Assembly: GCA_002633005.1 (NCBI GenBank)
Contig: NMRA01000014.1
Location: 734,955 to 798,954 of the forward strand
DNA: 64,000 nucleotides
Origin: Phoronis australis
Taxonomy: Eukaryota; Animalia; Phoronida
Direction: 5' to 3'
The notes beneath the pieces were generated by a model. It ran no database searches and was not told the DNA's origin. It saw only the letters and a program-made list of their open reading frames with translations. Below, in pieces: positions 61,571-64,000 of this stretch. The position numbers and the translations under genes were made by a program. How positions within the stretch are numbered: the first letter of the stretch is position 1; each line of letters begins with the position of its first letter.

Positions 61571-62013
61571 AGAAGTGGTGGAAGATAAGTTACAGTGGCC
61601 ACCACAGAACAGGTGCTCTGGTTAAACACACATCAACATAGAGACATGAATGTACATTACATGAGTTTACAATAGACCCCCTACATACATTCAGTTAAAA
61701 TATACGCTCATCTATACAATATAGACAATAATTTATCATACACACAAATAAAATATACAGCAGCACAGAAACTAGTTTCAGAGGTGTAAGAACACATTGA
61801 ATCAATATGTATTTTAATAAATAAACAGAATGTGTTCTTCATCAATCAAACCAATTTCAACTAAGACCAACAGCCAGGACATACTTGGTGTAAACACAGC
61901 ATCTCACAAACATTACCCAAACCTTGTGAACGTGCAGGCTAAACACAGCCTTATCGAGCCCTTAAAATCACCATCCACTCAAAATGAACCTACAAGCTTA
62001 GCTAACTCTTAAG

Positions 62014-62331
62014 TGCTGTCCACACACAGACTTACCCTTGAACAAGTTACTCCTGAAATGAGTTGTCGCTAGAATTGAGTGCTATTTGAGCTAGCGCAAC
62101 TTTCCCTACTTGTGACAACTTACTTCACCTGATCGAGGTAGGGTAACTTGTTCTAGGGTCATTTGCGCCACTTCTAATTGCTGTATGACTGAAAACCTAT
62201 AGCGGGAAGGAAGCAATTATCAGCTGCAGTTACGTAACAGACAGGTCTTCTTTCGTGTGCCGTTATTCACATCAGCTGTTCATTGTCATGTACAAAGCGA
62301 TAACTTCCAACTTAACACAGTTCTCAGGTGT

Positions 62332-62370
<39 letters not shown>

Positions 62371-62500
62371 NNNNNNNNNNNNNNNNNNNNNNNNNNNNNN
62401 NNNNNNNNNNNNNNNNNNNNGTGTGTGTGTGTGTGTGGACCCTCCACTGAGATGAGGGGTAAGCTGCACTAGTTCTAGGGTAAGTCTGTGTGTGGATGGC
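62014..62500. mobile_element. TIR element containing a (GT)n microsatellite and an N gap (62371-62420)
   Basis: tgctgtccacacacagacttaccct / agggtaagtctgtgtgtggatggca inverted ends; (GT)n at 62328-62436. Confidence 0.6.
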
Positions 62501-63544
62501 ATTTTACTGCAACTTTACAAATATTATCCTTATGTGCGGGCTCCATATAACCTTACTCAGTTCTTACAAGCAGTATCCATACTCAGTGATGTGTGAGTCT
62601 TCGCAAACCTTATCCACCGTCAATGAGTGTGCACTTTGACTACACACACACTATAGTGCCGTTACCAGCAATATATATCTATAAATATTTCAAAAAAATA
62701 TGCCAGATTAATTCCACCAACGACTGTGACCCAAAAGGATTCACAAACACTGGAAATTTATGTTGTCCCTATTGGCAGACACTGACACTACACAGTCTGT
62801 GTAGTACAAGTCATGCGTCAGCAAAAGCGGTTTTATGATACACACAATGATAGGATCATTAATTGAATCAACAAAACAGGTAGCTGCTACATAATTTTAC
62901 CAGTATTAATCCACCGAAAATGGTGGGACTCTGAATCCTAGCAAATTTGCGTCCCACTGCAAAAAAATCCTAACAAAATTTGCTTGAATACACGGGACTA
63001 TTTCCCGCAGTTTTCACGTGGGAACAACACTTCTATGAGCTAATTATCATATCAAGATGCAGCAGCCTTGGCCACCACCAAGTTGTGTTGACCTGACCTA
63101 CTATAAGGAAAGATACCCAGCACAAATAACATCACAGACCTGTTGGCTTCGTAACCATTGAGGCTGTTTATGGACTAATATCCAACACTCCAAGTAGGCA
63201 AGCTAACACTATCAAGTGCTTGCCATTTAGTTAACATTAAGCTAGTGTAAGGCAGCTTGACACACTAGCACAAACTGACCAAGTAAGCTGGATACTAGCC
63301 TCACTGAAGCCAGCACAGGTGCACACTCGTCTGACAGTACGTAGAGCTAGATTGACATCCAATCAGAGAATGGTATAGTCACATTTGAAATCTGCTAGTC
63401 CTGCTTAGCAGACACTTCAGAGCCCTCTTTTGGAACAGACAGTTCTGGAAAGAAGAGACGAATGTTAACAGAGTAATTTATCAACGAGAGCTCTCGGAGG
63501 AGCGACACTTGGCGGAATTAATCGAAAAGACGACGAACACGATA

Positions 63545-64000
63545 TCATTCATGTGACTAGCGAAGAAATCAAATTGAGAGCATACAATCAACTACAATAA
63601 AGAATGAAAGCCCGTTCAAAACTCCATCTAAAGTGGTAGTTTGGCAAACACAATAACATTCATGTGACTAGCGAAGAAATCAAATAGAGAGCATACAGTC
63701 AACTACATTAAAGAACAATAGATGGCGCAACATGACGGTCCAGTCTGCAGTAGGACAGTGCTGGCTGGGTCAGTCTAGGTCAACTACGCATAACCAAAAC
63801 AAAGCGAACTGAAAGCCAGCCAGCTGCGTGCTTGCAGAGGACCGAAGGAACAACGGTATCCAAAAATCTCGAATAATTCAAAAAGTAGACGTTGTAGCGC
63901 AAAATGGAAAATGTCTTCTGAAAGCCCGTTCAAAACTCTATCTAAAATGGTAGTTTGGAAAACACGATAACATTCATGTGACTAGCCAAGAAATCAAATA
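63545..64000 (+). repeat. Interspersed/tandem ~110-bp repeat running off the window edge
   Basis: cattcatgtgactagc.aagaaatcaaat occurs three times; tgaaagcccgttcaaaactc.atctaaa.tggtagtttgg occurs twice. Confidence 0.8.

Overview
Eukaryotic, AT-rich, intron- and transposon-rich genomic DNA, most likely from a marine invertebrate (inferred from the mix of Kolobok, P, ISL2EU, IS3EU, Harbinger, hAT, Crypton and Penelope remnants; the species cannot be determined). Two host genes lie tail-to-tail. (1) A + strand multi-exon calpain-family gene (8 confident exons at 9912-41571, a probable last exon near 44370, 5' exons not found). All three catalytic-triad residues are replaced (Cys>Lys, His>Thr, Asn>Tyr) while the reading frame and splice phases stay intact. 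It also has a ~185-aa Ser-rich insert and no visible penta-EF-hand domain, so it reads as a pseudo-protease. (2) A - strand 5-exon cyclophilin (PPIA/PPIF-type PPIase, 172 aa from the first clear ATG) with intact catalytic residues, a Ser-Pro-Gly loop insertion and a possible mitochondrial presequence. Introns and flanks hold internally deleted Kolobok elements (THAP plus KolX), a P element spanning an assembly gap, a triply nested ISL2EU structure with ~800-bp inverted arms, a Penelope GIY-YIG remnant with an intact-looking minimal hammerhead ribozyme, many MITEs, minisatellites and N gaps. Most ORFs in the supplied six-frame track are spurious. All calls come from manual reading; no database search was run.
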